The notes under the pieces were generated by a model that searched no databases, was not told where the DNA came from, and saw nothing but the letters and a program-made list of their open reading frames with translations. Source: Proteobacteria bacterium UBA5680 (GTDB taxonomy: Bacteria; Pseudomonadota; Gammaproteobacteria; Arenicellales; UBA5680). From it: a DNA stretch of 64,000 bases. Numbering within the stretch: position 1 is the stretch's first letter; each line of letters opens with the position of its first letter. Positions 42,168 through 51,173 of the stretch are shown one piece after another. The position numbers were made by a program, and so were the translations under genes. Location: the NCBI GenBank assembly GCA_002420425.1, contig DIIC01000044.1, forward strand, positions 905 to 64,904, read 5' to 3'.

Positions 42168-43193
42168 GTGAATCAGGATCAGAATCCACTCACTGATACC
42201 CGAGGCCGGGGGCTTCGAGACCTGCGTATCTCGGTTACTGATCGATGTAACTTTCGTTGCGTCTACTGCATGCCGAAGGAAGTTTTTGGCTCTGACCACC
42301 ACTTTGTTCCCCGACAGCGCCTGCTCTCTTTTGAAGAGATCCAGCGTGTCGCTCGCCTTTCTACCCACCTTGGCGTCAGTAAAATACGCCTTACCGGGGG
42401 TGAACCCCTGGTTCGCCGCGATATCGAAGTTCTGATTGAAGAGCTCTCCCAGATACCGGGTATTAGCGATATCTGCCTGACGACCAATGGCTCGCTCCTC
42501 ACCGCCGCCAGGGCAAAAAACCTAAAAGCGGCAGGGCTGACCCGAGTAACCATCAGCCTTGATGCCCTTGATGAGAGACGTTTTGCCGCCATAAATGATG
42601 TTGATTTTCCCGTCTCCAAGGTCCTTGATTCTGTGGATTACGCCCTCAACGCAGGCCTTTTGCCGGTCAAGGTCAATATGGTGGTCACCGGCCACCTGAA
42701 CGATGATCAACTCCTCCCCATGGCCCGGCATTTCAAGGGTTCCGGCGCCATCCTTCGCTTCATTGAGTATATGGATGTTGGCAATAGCAATGGCTGGCAA
42801 CTAAAGCAGGTTATCCCTGCTGGAGAGATAATCCGGCTTATCAACCAGGAGTTCCCCCTGGAGCCGGTCGGTGCCAACCACGCCGGTGAGGTCGCCAGCC
42901 GCTGGTGCTACCAGGATGGGAGTGGAGAGATCGGCGTCATTGCCTCTGTTACTCAGCCTTTCTGCCACAGTTGTCATCGCGCCAGGCTGTCCGCAGAGGG
43001 ACGATTTGTCTCCTGTCTCTTTGCCGAGGGGGGATTTGACCTCAGAGCGTTGCTTCGGAGCGATGCGAGTGATGAGGTTGTTGTTGATACTCTCTCCAGG
43101 CTCTGGAGCCTGAGAGATGATGGCTATTCAGAGATCCGAACAGAACAGACAGTGGGCCTTAAAAAAGTAGAGATGTCCTACATTGGTGGCTAA
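42168..43193 (+). CDS. moaA: GTP 3',8-cyclase MoaA (radical SAM)
   Basis: 341 aa with a GTG start, the CNFRCVYC radical-SAM cluster motif within RISVTDRCNFRCVYCMP, and a C-terminal ...SYIGG. Confidence 0.93.
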   Translation: MNQDQNPLTDTRGRGLRDLRISVTDRCNFRCVYCMPKEVFGSDHHFVPRQRLLSFEEIQRVARLSTHLGVSKIRLTGGEPLVRRDIEVLIEELSQIPGISDICLTTNGSLLTAARAKNLKAAGLTRVTISLDALDERRFAAINDVDFPVSKVLDSVDYALNAGLLPVKVNMVVTGHLNDDQLLPMARHFKGSGAILRFIEYMDVGNSNGWQLKQVIPAGEIIRLINQEFPLEPVGANHAGEVASRWCYQDGSGEIGVIASVTQPFCHSCHRARLSAEGRFVSCLFAEGGFDLRALLRSDASDEVVVDTLSRLWSLRDDGYSEIRTEQTVGLKKVEMSYIGG

Positions 43194-43241
43194 ACCTCTA
43201 TAATCCTTTTCATCTTACAGTCATTATTCTCCAATAACGCC

Positions 43242-43475
43242 ATGTCGATCACAATTCGCCTTTTTGCCAGCCTCCGTGAACAGCTGGGGACTGAGTGCTG
43301 TCAGGCAGAACCTGATGCCGTCTCCAACGTGGAGGAGGCGTGGCGTGCTGTTGCCGGTGACAGCCCTCAAGGAGAGAACGTACTGGTTGCTGTCAACATG
43401 GAGTACGTCAAACCAGGTGCCGCAGTCAAAGATGGCGATGAGGTCGCTTTCTTCCCCCCGGTAACGGGTGGTTAG
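43242..43475 (+). CDS. moaD: Molybdopterin synthase sulfur-carrier subunit MoaD
   Basis: 77 aa with a ubiquitin-like fold, ending in FFPPVTGG. Confidence 0.85.
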   Translation: MSITIRLFASLREQLGTECCQAEPDAVSNVEEAWRAVAGDSPQGENVLVAVNMEYVKPGAAVKDGDEVAFFPPVTGG

Positions 43476-43477
43476 TC

Positions 43478-43912
43478 GTGAAAATTGAAATCCGTGACCA
43501 GCCCTTTGACCCATGGCAGGAGCTCTCCAGCTATCAGCAAACGGGTTCAACAGCTGCTTCCTCATACGGGGCTACCGCTCTGTTTGTAGGGACTATGCGG
43601 GATTTTAATGAAGGTGACCGGGTTCATGGAATGACCCTTGAGCACTACCCGGGGATGACAGAAAAGCATCTTGAAGCGATCTGTCACAACGCTATCGACA
43701 GATGCAACCTGCTTGATGCCTTGGTAATTCATCGCGTTGGCCCCATTGAACCGGGAGAGCCTATCGTCCTAGTTGCGGTCTGGTCTGCGCACCGTGCCGC
43801 CGCATTTGATGCCTGTCGACTGATCATGGATGATCTCAAATCGAGAGCGCCTTTTTGGAAAAAAGAGGAGCTCGATGAGGGCAAAGTGCGGTGGGTCGAC
43901 CACAACACCTGA
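43478..43912 (+). CDS. moaE: Molybdopterin synthase catalytic subunit MoaE
   Basis: 144 aa with the EHYPGMTEK block. It starts 3 nt after moaD. Confidence 0.9.
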   Translation: MKIEIRDQPFDPWQELSSYQQTGSTAASSYGATALFVGTMRDFNEGDRVHGMTLEHYPGMTEKHLEAICHNAIDRCNLLDALVIHRVGPIEPGEPIVLVAVWSAHRAAAFDACRLIMDDLKSRAPFWKKEELDEGKVRWVDHNT

Positions 43913-43929
43913 CATAACCTCGTTGATTA

Positions 43930-44343
43930 ATGCTTCCAGACTCCCCATCTTCAAAAGTCCGGATTGATCGCTGGCTCTGGGCGGCACGCTTCTTTAAGAC
44001 CCGGCAATTAGCCGCTTCGGCAATTAAAGCCGGCCATATCGCCCTCAATGGCCTGCGCGCCAAACCAGCCCGAGGGGTTCAAAAGGGTGATCGGCTAAAG
44101 ATAAGAAAAGCAGGCTTGGATTATGAACTCATTGTGACCGCCCTTGATGAACAGCGTCGCTCCGCCGCCCATGCCCAGACCCTCTATCAGGAGACCCCAC
44201 TGAGCCTGGCGGCCCGGTTGGAGTCAATTGAGAAGAGAAAGCTGGATGCGGCTTCACTGCGATTTGATCGAGGGAAGCCTGACAAGAGGTCGCGCCGTCT
44301 GATCTCCCGCCTGCGCCGGGGGATTTCAGATCATTCCAACTAA
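43930..44343 (+). CDS. hslR: Heat-shock protein 15 (ribosome-associated, S4 RNA-binding domain)
   Basis: 137 aa with RIDRWLWAARFFKTRQLA and a basic C-terminus. Confidence 0.85.
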   Translation: MLPDSPSSKVRIDRWLWAARFFKTRQLAASAIKAGHIALNGLRAKPARGVQKGDRLKIRKAGLDYELIVTALDEQRRSAAHAQTLYQETPLSLAARLESIEKRKLDAASLRFDRGKPDKRSRRLISRLRRGISDHSN

Positions 44344-44360
44344 AAAGGGGCATGAGCCCA

Positions 44361-44969
44361 CTAGAGTGATGCCACTGCCCTCTCTATTTCAGCTCTGAAT
44401 GCAGGGTACTCCTCAACTACAGGAAAGCGGGGATAATCAGCAGCAATATTGGGGGGTGGCCGGAAAAAAATCCCGGCATCAGCGGCCTCAAGCATTGTCA
44501 GGTCATTGAAAGAATCTCCCCCTGCAACCACCCTGAAATTGATCGCTTGCAGTGCTCTGACCGAAGCTGATTTTTGATCCGGCATACGGAGCTGATATCC
44601 CGTGAGTCGCCCCTGGGCATCAGCCTCAATATGGTGACAGAAGAGTATCGGGTTCCCCAACTGCTCCATCAATGGGGCGGCAAATTCATAGAAGGTATCT
44701 GAGAGAACAATTAGCTGATAGTGTGATTGGAGCCATTTTACAAAATCGAGTGCCCCAGCAAATGGCTCCAAACCCTGGATCACCTGTTGAATATCGCCAA
44801 GCTTTAATCCGTGCTGGTCAGTCAAATCGAGCCGAAAACGCATCAACTCATCGTAATCGGGAATATCACGCGTAGTTGCCCGTAATGCTTCGATTCCAGT
44901 TGATTCAGCTACGTTGATCCAGATTTCAGGGACCAGCACCCCCTCCAGATCAAGACAGATAACTTTCAT
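44361..44969 (-). CDS. thrH: ThrH-like phosphoserine phosphatase / homoserine phosphotransferase (HAD family)
   Basis: Close to Pseudomonas ThrH as I recall it (CLDLEGVLVPEIWI...TTRDIPDYDELM...HGLKLGDIQ...LSDTFYEF...GDSFNDLTML). I placed the start at ATG 44969 (MKVICLDLEG). The longest ORF starts at 44993. Confidence 0.8.
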   Translation of the reverse strand: MKVICLDLEGVLVPEIWINVAESTGIEALRATTRDIPDYDELMRFRLDLTDQHGLKLGDIQQVIQGLEPFAGALDFVKWLQSHYQLIVLSDTFYEFAAPLMEQLGNPILFCHHIEADAQGRLTGYQLRMPDQKSASVRALQAINFRVVAGGDSFNDLTMLEAADAGIFFRPPPNIAADYPRFPVVEEYPAFRAEIERAVASL

Positions 44970-45184
44970 TGGATTTTCCACACCGTCAGTCAAAAAACAT
45001 AAGCGCCGAACCCTACCGCTTCAGAGGCCAGCTTTCAACCTCAATAGAGAAGAAATCAGGAAAAAGAGCCCCGCTCATTGCCGACGAAACGAATGAGTGA
45101 GATTATTGATTGATAATAAACCCAAACCTCTTCCTTTGTAGACCGCCCCTCAAAAGCAAAGGATTAATCAATAGAGGCCTCTCA

Positions 45185-46144
45185 ATGACCAACAGCACTC
45201 TCCTCGACAGTAAGACCTTCGACCTCGGGGATATCGATTTAAAGCCGATTGAAGCCATTCTGCCTTCACTCAGGACTTATCGCTTTACCGAGGCCAATGA
45301 GGTTGTAGAACGACTGGATGGTGCTGAAGTGGTGATCACCAATAAAATTAAGATCGACAGCACTGTTCTCGAAGCCGTCGCTGACCACCTCAGACTTATC
45401 GTGGTCGCTGCTACCGGCACCAATAACATCGACTTAAACAGTGCCCATCGACTCGGAGTCAATGTCTGCAACGTACGCAACTACGCCACCCCTGCCGTAG
45501 TTCAGCACACGCTCAGTCTGATACTTGCACTCACTACCCACCTTGTGGATTACCATCATGCCATCCTGGAGGGAAAGTGGAGCAACAGTGGCAATTTCTG
45601 CCTGTTGGACTACCCTATTCGTGAACTTAATGGCCGCAAACTGGGCATAGTTGGTTTTGGCGTATTAGGCCAGGCTGTTGCCAATGTGGCAGAGGCCTTT
45701 GGCATGACCACACTGATAGCCAATCGCCCCGGTGGTACGCCGACAGAAGGGCGGCTCCCCCTTGAAGAGCTGCTCCCTCAGGTCGATGTTCTCTCTCTCC
45801 ACTGCCCGCTGACGGCTTCTACACAGGGGCTGATTGGCTCCAGAGAGCTTGAAATGATGAATAACGATGCCATTATCATCAATACTTCAAGGGGAGGGAT
45901 CATCGATGAACAGGCGCTTGCCGATGCCCTGTGCCACCGCGTGATTGGCGGTGCCGGAATCGATGTGCTCACTGAAGAGCCCCCTTCAATAGACCACCCT
46001 CTGCTCTCACCTGATATTCCCAACCTCCTGCTCTCTCCTCATAGTGCCTGGGGCAGTCGTGAGACCCGGCAACGGCTTGTCCATGAGATTGCCCTGACTA
46101 TTGGCGCATGGATGGAAGGGAACCCCCGTAACCTTGTCAGCTAA
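45185..46144 (+). CDS. D-isomer-specific 2-hydroxyacid dehydrogenase (glycerate dehydrogenase / hydroxypyruvate reductase-like)
   Basis: NAD-binding GIVGFGVLGQAVA, plus RGGIIDEQALADAL and SPHSAWGS, which includes the catalytic His. I placed the start at ATG 45185 (MTNSTLL...). Confidence 0.85.
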   Translation: MTNSTLLDSKTFDLGDIDLKPIEAILPSLRTYRFTEANEVVERLDGAEVVITNKIKIDSTVLEAVADHLRLIVVAATGTNNIDLNSAHRLGVNVCNVRNYATPAVVQHTLSLILALTTHLVDYHHAILEGKWSNSGNFCLLDYPIRELNGRKLGIVGFGVLGQAVANVAEAFGMTTLIANRPGGTPTEGRLPLEELLPQVDVLSLHCPLTASTQGLIGSRELEMMNNDAIIINTSRGGIIDEQALADALCHRVIGGAGIDVLTEEPPSIDHPLLSPDIPNLLLSPHSAWGSRETRQRLVHEIALTIGAWMEGNPRNLVS

Positions 46145-47300
46145 ATTAGACCCGGCCTCAATCCCTCTTGGCCTCTATCTCCATCTTCCCTGGTGTCGAC
46201 GCAAGTGTCCTTACTGTGACTTCAACTCTCACCCACTGAAAGATGATCAGAGCACAACCCTAAAAGAGCAATACCTCTTGGCACTGAAGGAGTCGGTTAG
46301 CAAAATAACCCACACCCAAACCTCAAGGAGAGTGCAATCAATCTATTTTGGCGGAGGCACACCCTCACTCTTTTCACCTGATCAGATCGATCAAATCCTC
46401 TCAACCATCAACCACTGTTTTACTCTCGATCAAGATGCTGAAATCACAATGGAGGTCAATCCAGGGGCCTCAGAGACCGCCAAGCTGGAAGGCTTTCTGG
46501 CTGCTGGCATTAATCGACTCTCTCTGGGGGTACAGAGCTTCAGTGATCCGATGCTCAACAGCCTCGGACGAATTCATGGCCGAAAAGAGGCCCTAACCGC
46601 TTCCGATGCTGCACTCAGCACCGGATTTAACAGCGTCAACCTCGACCTGATGTTTGCTCTTCCGGGGCAGACACTGGATGAAGCCAAATCAGACCTTGAT
46701 ACACTTCTCAATCTTGAGCCTGAGCATATCTCCCTCTACCAGCTTACCCTTGAGCCTAACACCCTCTTCCATGCCCATCCGCCAAAGCTTCCGCAGCAGG
46801 ACCATGTCTGGGCGATGCAAGAGTCTCTCTTTGAGCTTCTCCAGGAGGCGGGTTACCAACAATATGAGGTCTCCGCGTGGTCAAAACCAGGCAACCGATG
46901 CCGCCATAATCTCAACTACTGGGAATTCGGAGACTATCTGGGAGTTGGCGCCGGCGCCCATGGCAAACTCACCAGGACTGACGGCATCTGGAGAACCCTC
47001 CAACCCCGTCATCCCAATGAGTTCATGAAACACGCCTCCGACGCTGAAACCGAGAACGCCTCTTTGGTCAGTGATGATGAGACCGGTTTTGAATTCTTTC
47101 TGAATGGACTTCGTCTGCGTGAAGGGGTTGCCGCTGACCTTTTTCCTGAACGCACAGGTCTCCAGCTTGATCTTTTTACCCCACTCTTTGAAAAGCTGGA
47201 GCGGCTTGGCCTGTTTGTGGTTGAAAATAACCGTCTGAAAACAACCCCCCAGGGCTACCGTTTTCTCAACGACACCCTTGAGTTTTTTCTCCCTGAATAG
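46134..47300 (+). CDS. hemW: Radical-SAM heme chaperone HemW (HemN-like, not a true coproporphyrinogen oxidase)
   Basis: LHLPWCRRKCPYCDFNS cluster motif and full-length resemblance to E. coli HemW/YggW. There is no in-frame ATG near the 5' end. The candidate starts are TTG 46134 (chosen) and TTG 46101. Confidence 0.88.
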   Translation: MSAKLDPASIPLGLYLHLPWCRRKCPYCDFNSHPLKDDQSTTLKEQYLLALKESVSKITHTQTSRRVQSIYFGGGTPSLFSPDQIDQILSTINHCFTLDQDAEITMEVNPGASETAKLEGFLAAGINRLSLGVQSFSDPMLNSLGRIHGRKEALTASDAALSTGFNSVNLDLMFALPGQTLDEAKSDLDTLLNLEPEHISLYQLTLEPNTLFHAHPPKLPQQDHVWAMQESLFELLQEAGYQQYEVSAWSKPGNRCRHNLNYWEFGDYLGVGAGAHGKLTRTDGIWRTLQPRHPNEFMKHASDAETENASLVSDDETGFEFFLNGLRLREGVAADLFPERTGLQLDLFTPLFEKLERLGLFVVENNRLKTTPQGYRFLNDTLEFFLPE

Positions 47301-47360
47301 TGATTTTCTAATCTATTGGTTACCATTGGCTGACTCATACCCCCTTACAAGACTGTTTCA

Positions 47361-47483
47361 ATGCTCTGGGTTAAATCTTTACACTTCATTTTCACGGTGA
47401 CCTGGTTTGCCGGGCTCTGCTATATCCCCCGTCTTTTCATCTACCACACCACTGTACGGCTTGTTGTTTTAAAACCTGCCTGA
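47361..47483 (+). pseudogene. hemJ: Truncated hemJ (protoporphyrinogen IX oxidase, HemJ/UPF0093) N-terminal remnant
   Basis: A 40-codon ORF, MLWVKSLHFIFTVTWFAGLCYIPRLFIYHTTVRLVVLKPA*, matches the HemJ N-terminal signature (..KA.H.I..V.WFAGLFYLPRLFVYH) for about 29 residues and then diverges and stops. Full-length HemJ is considerably longer (roughly 140-190 aa as I recall). trmL starts 4-7 nt after the stop. Confidence 0.5.
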
Positions 47484-47489
47484 ACAGTG

Positions 47490-47969
47490 ATGCTTCATAT
47501 CGTCCTCTATCAACCCGAGATACCACCCAATACCGGAAATATCATCAGGCTGGCCGCCAATACAGGAAGCGCCCTCCACCTTATCCGTCCACTGGGATTT
47601 CAACTTGATGACAAGCGGCTGAGGCGCGCGGGTCTTGATTACCATGAGTTTGCCCGCCTCGGGATATGGGATTCGTTCGATGATTTTGTCGCCTCACACC
47701 CCGCATCACGTCTTCTTCCTTTTTCTACTCACCACACCAAGAGCTACAGTTCTTTTATATTCAGACAGGGGGATGCGCTGTTATTCGGCCCAGAGACCCA
47801 GGGACTTCCAGAGACAATACGTGCCAAAGCCCCGGCGTCTCAACAGCTAACACTCCCCATGCTCCCGGGAAACCGTAGCCTGAACCTATCGAATACCGTT
47901 GCCATTGCAGTCTATGAGGCCTGGAGACAGATTGGGTTCACAGGGGCTATCCCACTAGAAAAAACCTGA
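47490..47969 (+). CDS. trmL: tRNA (cytidine(34)/uridine(34)-2'-O)-methyltransferase TrmL (SpoU family)
   Basis: [21 protein letters not shown]... is collinear with E. coli TrmL, including the [16 protein letters not shown] block. Confidence 0.92.
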   Translation: MLHIVLYQPEIPPNTGNIIRLAANTGSALHLIRPLGFQLDDKRLRRAGLDYHEFARLGIWDSFDDFVASHPASRLLPFSTHHTKSYSSFIFRQGDALLFGPETQGLPETIRAKAPASQQLTLPMLPGNRSLNLSNTVAIAVYEAWRQIGFTGAIPLEKT

Positions 47970-48099
47970 TTAAGAACAACCCCGCTTACCCAGCCGGAAG
48001 AGGGGGCTTGATGATCACCCACAAACACGGTTGACGGGATTTTTGGTTATGGCGACGCTTATGTTGTCCAGCAGCCGGCCGTGACCCGACCAGAATCTC

Positions 48100-48576
48100 C
48101 TAAGTAAACTCAATTTTGCCAGCCGGCAACATATAGAGCACCAAAGCTTCCCCACCGGTCACTGTTGGCGAGTGGTCAGACCCAGGCTCAAACAGAGACC
48201 ATCCCCGGCCCTCACCATTAAATTGAGCCCCCTCTGTAATCGGCATCACCATGCAGACCTCACCGCTGGGATGACGGTGATGCGGACCCACGATATTGGC
48301 TAGGTCAACCACATCAACACTCAACATTCCAGTCGCTTCACAGGGTTCGATAATACGTCCAAAGCGCCGCCCTTCTCCGCCTTGAGTGCACATCCAACCC
48401 GCTGCAATTGCATCGTGGCAGGCCCTCTCAACAGCATTAAACAGCTCACCACTCTCAGGGAAACTGAGGTTGAGCTTTTCAGCAAGAGCGGCATCCATTT
48501 TTTCAGCTGAAACCAGGTCAGTGATCGGCTCAAGAAGTTTCTGAAAACGACTAACATTCATCCCGCCACCCTCCAC
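48100..48576 (-). CDS. Small cupin-like protein, possibly DUF4863 / 4-hydroxylaminobenzoate-lyase-like
   Basis: 158 aa. The HHRHPSGEVCMVMP segment suggests a metal-binding cupin. I name the family from memory only. Confidence 0.6.
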   Translation of the reverse strand: MEGGGMNVSRFQKLLEPITDLVSAEKMDAALAEKLNLSFPESGELFNAVERACHDAIAAGWMCTQGGEGRRFGRIIEPCEATGMLSVDVVDLANIVGPHHRHPSGEVCMVMPITEGAQFNGEGRGWSLFEPGSDHSPTVTGGEALVLYMLPAGKIEFT

Positions 48577-48669
48577 TCTCCAATAGGTGAATAATCTCTG
48601 TTGAATCTTATCCTTTTTCCAGTATCAAAATAGCAGTGCGCAAAAAAAGAACCTGCCGTAAATGGCCGT

Positions 48670-49695
48670 CTACTCTGAACGAAGTTCTCTTGAGAGCAGC
48701 GCATCAACCGCTTCAATGGGAGGACAATCGGCAAAGAGCACCCGATAGACCTGATCGATGATTGGTATTGACACTTTCAGCGACTCATTCAGTCGCTTCA
48801 GCTCTCGGGCAGTGTTAATCCCTTCCACCTCCTGTCCAAGATTAGTGAGGATGGTTCCGAGAGACTCTCCTCGGCCCAGACCCAGACCCAGTCGACGGTT
48901 CCTCGACTGATCATCAGTACAGGTGAGAATCAAATCCCCCATCCCGGTCAACCCCATAAAGGTTTCCGATCTACCCCCAAGGGCTTCGCCAAGACGTTTT
49001 AATTCAGCCAGCCCACGGGTCACCAGAGCCGCCCGGGCATTGGCCCCAAATCCAAGCCCATCACTGATTCCAGTTGCTATTGCCATTACGTTCTTTATCG
49101 CCCCACCCAACTGGACCCCGGTTAGATCCGGATTCGTATAGACACGCATCCGATCACTGTGGAGCCAGTTAGCCACCTGGCTACTGACAACTTCACTCGT
49201 TGCCGCGACGGTGAGTGCTGTCGGCAGTCCTGCCGCCACCTCGGCAGCAAAACTGGGGCCGGAAACGGCAGCCAACTGAGCATCACTACCACAAACTTCA
49301 ACGGCCACCTCCCCAAGGAGTTTCCCACTGCCTGGCTCAAAACCCTTTGTTCCCCAGGCAACCACCTTCCCCGCCCTGTTTGAGGACAGTTCCTCAATCT
49401 GCTCACAAAGGCCACGAAAAGCATGGCTTGGAACAACAATCAGGAACTGAGATAGGCCGCCAAGGTTGCCTATCTCATCGGTAAGCGTTAGATTTTTCGG
49501 AAATGAGTGCCCAGGAAGAAACCGGTGGTTAGCTCTGTCTCGGGCCAGCTGATCGATATGAGCACTATCATGGCCCCAGAGTTTTACCTCCAGGTTGTTT
49601 CGTGCGATCAGAATCGCCAGTGCAGTACCCCAAGAGCCTGCTCCCAGTACAGCGACCGGTTCTTTTCTACTGCCGGGCTGGCTACCCATCGACAT
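48670..49695 (-). CDS. gpsA: NAD(P)H-dependent glycerol-3-phosphate dehydrogenase
   Basis: 341 aa with VLGAGSWGTALA. Its start overlaps the secB stop by 1 nt. Confidence 0.95.
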   Translation of the reverse strand: MSMGSQPGSRKEPVAVLGAGSWGTALAILIARNNLEVKLWGHDSAHIDQLARDRANHRFLPGHSFPKNLTLTDEIGNLGGLSQFLIVVPSHAFRGLCEQIEELSSNRAGKVVAWGTKGFEPGSGKLLGEVAVEVCGSDAQLAAVSGPSFAAEVAAGLPTALTVAATSEVVSSQVANWLHSDRMRVYTNPDLTGVQLGGAIKNVMAIATGISDGLGFGANARAALVTRGLAELKRLGEALGGRSETFMGLTGMGDLILTCTDDQSRNRRLGLGLGRGESLGTILTNLGQEVEGINTARELKRLNESLKVSIPIIDQVYRVLFADCPPIEAVDALLSRELRSE

Positions 49696-50207
49696 CAGTC
49701 TACCGTTGTCGACCCGCTTCCATTGCCCCTGGCTGTTTCATCAACCTGGGACTCTCCACTTTGGCTCTCTGGTGCCGTCTCGCTCTGTTTTTTTTGTTGA
49801 TAGAGCACATCAAAATTGACGGGGGTGAGGAGTAACTGAGGAAAGCCTCCTTTTGCGCCCAGATTGGAGATCACTTCCCGGGCAAAGGGAAAGAGTGCTT
49901 GTGGCGCATGGACTTCGAGAAGACCCTCCAACTGGTCATCTGTAAATCCTGACATCTCAAAAACCCCGGCCTGTTGAGCCTCAATAAGAAATATAGCTTC
50001 ATCACCACTTTTTGCTGTCACCGTTACAGCCAGAATCACTTCATAGATTCCAGCCGCTTGATCAAGGCTATTGTGGCTAATATTGATCTGGACATCGACC
50101 TGAGGCTGGAGCGCCTCTGTGGTAAAAATCCCTGGCGTCTTAGGGGATTCAAAAGAGACATCCTTCAGATAGAAGGTTTTTAGATCAAAACGAACTTGCT
50201 GATTCAT
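49695..50207 (-). CDS. secB: Protein-export chaperone SecB
   Basis: 170 aa with FDLKTFYLKDVSFESP and an acidic/polar C-terminal extension, in the secB-gpsA arrangement. Confidence 0.9.
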   Translation of the reverse strand: MNQQVRFDLKTFYLKDVSFESPKTPGIFTTEALQPQVDVQINISHNSLDQAAGIYEVILAVTVTAKSGDEAIFLIEAQQAGVFEMSGFTDDQLEGLLEVHAPQALFPFAREVISNLGAKGGFPQLLLTPVNFDVLYQQKKQSETAPESQSGESQVDETARGNGSGSTTVD

Positions 50208-50252
50208 TTACTCTTTCTCCATCACGATAGTTCTTTGGATTGTACTTTGGCC

Positions 50253-50672
50253 TCAGCCCCTTTCAACTGGGAGGTTTTCTTTCTCCCAGGCGAGTATTCC
50301 ACCCTTGAGGGTAAAAACCTTCTCAAAGCCATTCTTTCGCAAAATACCCGCGCCTCGTATTGATCGATTGCCCGATCGGCAAAAGGCAACCACAGACCTG
50401 CTTTTGTGTTTTTCAATCTGCTTGAGATCACCTGCCAGCTTACTCAATGGAATATTGATTGCTTTGGGCAGATGACCGAGCTTGAAATCTTTTGATTCGC
50501 TGACATCAACGAGCACTGCCTCTTCATCATTGAGGAGCCGGGTGAGCTGAATCACCGTAATCTCCTCAATACCCGACATTCTGCGACGGATCGGCTCAAA
50601 GATAATAAGCGCGATAATGACAACCAATGCCAAGAAGAGAGGCCAGTTCTCAACTACAAATTCCATATCCAT
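50253..50672 (-). CDS. yibN: Membrane-anchored single-domain rhodanese (YibN-like) with an intact active-site Cys
   Basis: N-terminal transmembrane helix (WPLFLALVVIIALIIF) followed by a rhodanese domain with active-site loop AFCRSGNRS. It occupies the position of E. coli yibN upstream of secB-gpsA. I placed the start at ATG 50672. Confidence 0.8.
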   Translation of the reverse strand: MDMEFVVENWPLFLALVVIIALIIFEPIRRRMSGIEEITVIQLTRLLNDEEAVLVDVSESKDFKLGHLPKAINIPLSKLAGDLKQIEKHKSRSVVAFCRSGNRSIRGAGILRKNGFEKVFTLKGGILAWEKENLPVERG

Positions 50673-50804
50673 AAAACATAACTCAAGGGAGAGCGGACCC
50701 TTAAGAGGGCACACTGTAAATGAAGATGCGAGGGTAACGGTTGCCGCCGTCACCCACAAGGTTGAGTTACGGGTTTATTTCATCAATCCCGCAAAAAGAG
50801 AGGG

Positions 50805-51173
50805 TTAACTATTGTGTGCTCCACAGAAAGCATCACGTAAACTGCCGATTAACATAATGATGCTAGTGTCAGAGATGCGATAAAAGACCTTGTTGGCATC
50901 TTTTCGGGATTCGAGAATCCCCTTGTCGCGAAGTATCGAGAGGTGCTGAGAGATGTTGCTCTGTGAGGTACCGACAAACTCCACCAGTTCGTGAACACTC
51001 ACCTCTGTCGTCATTCCAAGGATACAAAGAATTTTCAGCCGTAACGGGTGTGCCATTGCTTTAAGTGCTCGAGATGCTCGATTGATATCGGCCTCGTCCC
51101 CAATAAGCATTTCGGCACACTCGGTATTCATTGAGTCACTTTCAGCAGCTTCTGTTTGACCCATACATATCAT
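50805..51173 (-). CDS. ArsR/SmtB-family repressor of the two-Cys BigR/YgaV/SqrR type
   Basis: Winged helix-turn-helix (AHPLRLKILCILG...SQSNISQHLSILRDKGIL...KVFYRI), with Cys in the LKILC context and near the C-terminus (DAFCG). I placed the start at ATG 51173, 7 nt after GGAG. The upstream part of the longest ORF looks non-coding. Confidence 0.8.
   Translation of the reverse strand: MICMGQTEAAESDSMNTECAEMLIGDEADINRASRALKAMAHPLRLKILCILGMTTEVSVHELVEFVGTSQSNISQHLSILRDKGILESRKDANKVFYRISDTSIIMLIGSLRDAFCGAHNS

Noticed and set aside
42156-42368. A 70-aa minus-strand ORF overlapping the moaA start.
   Set aside because: It is antisense to the conserved radical-SAM motif region of moaA and has no motifs of its own. 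It is most likely spurious.
48620-48669. A T-run (ttcttttttt on the minus strand) downstream of gpsA, considered as an intrinsic terminator.
   Set aside because: I found only a 3-bp stem preceding the T-run, which is too weak to call.
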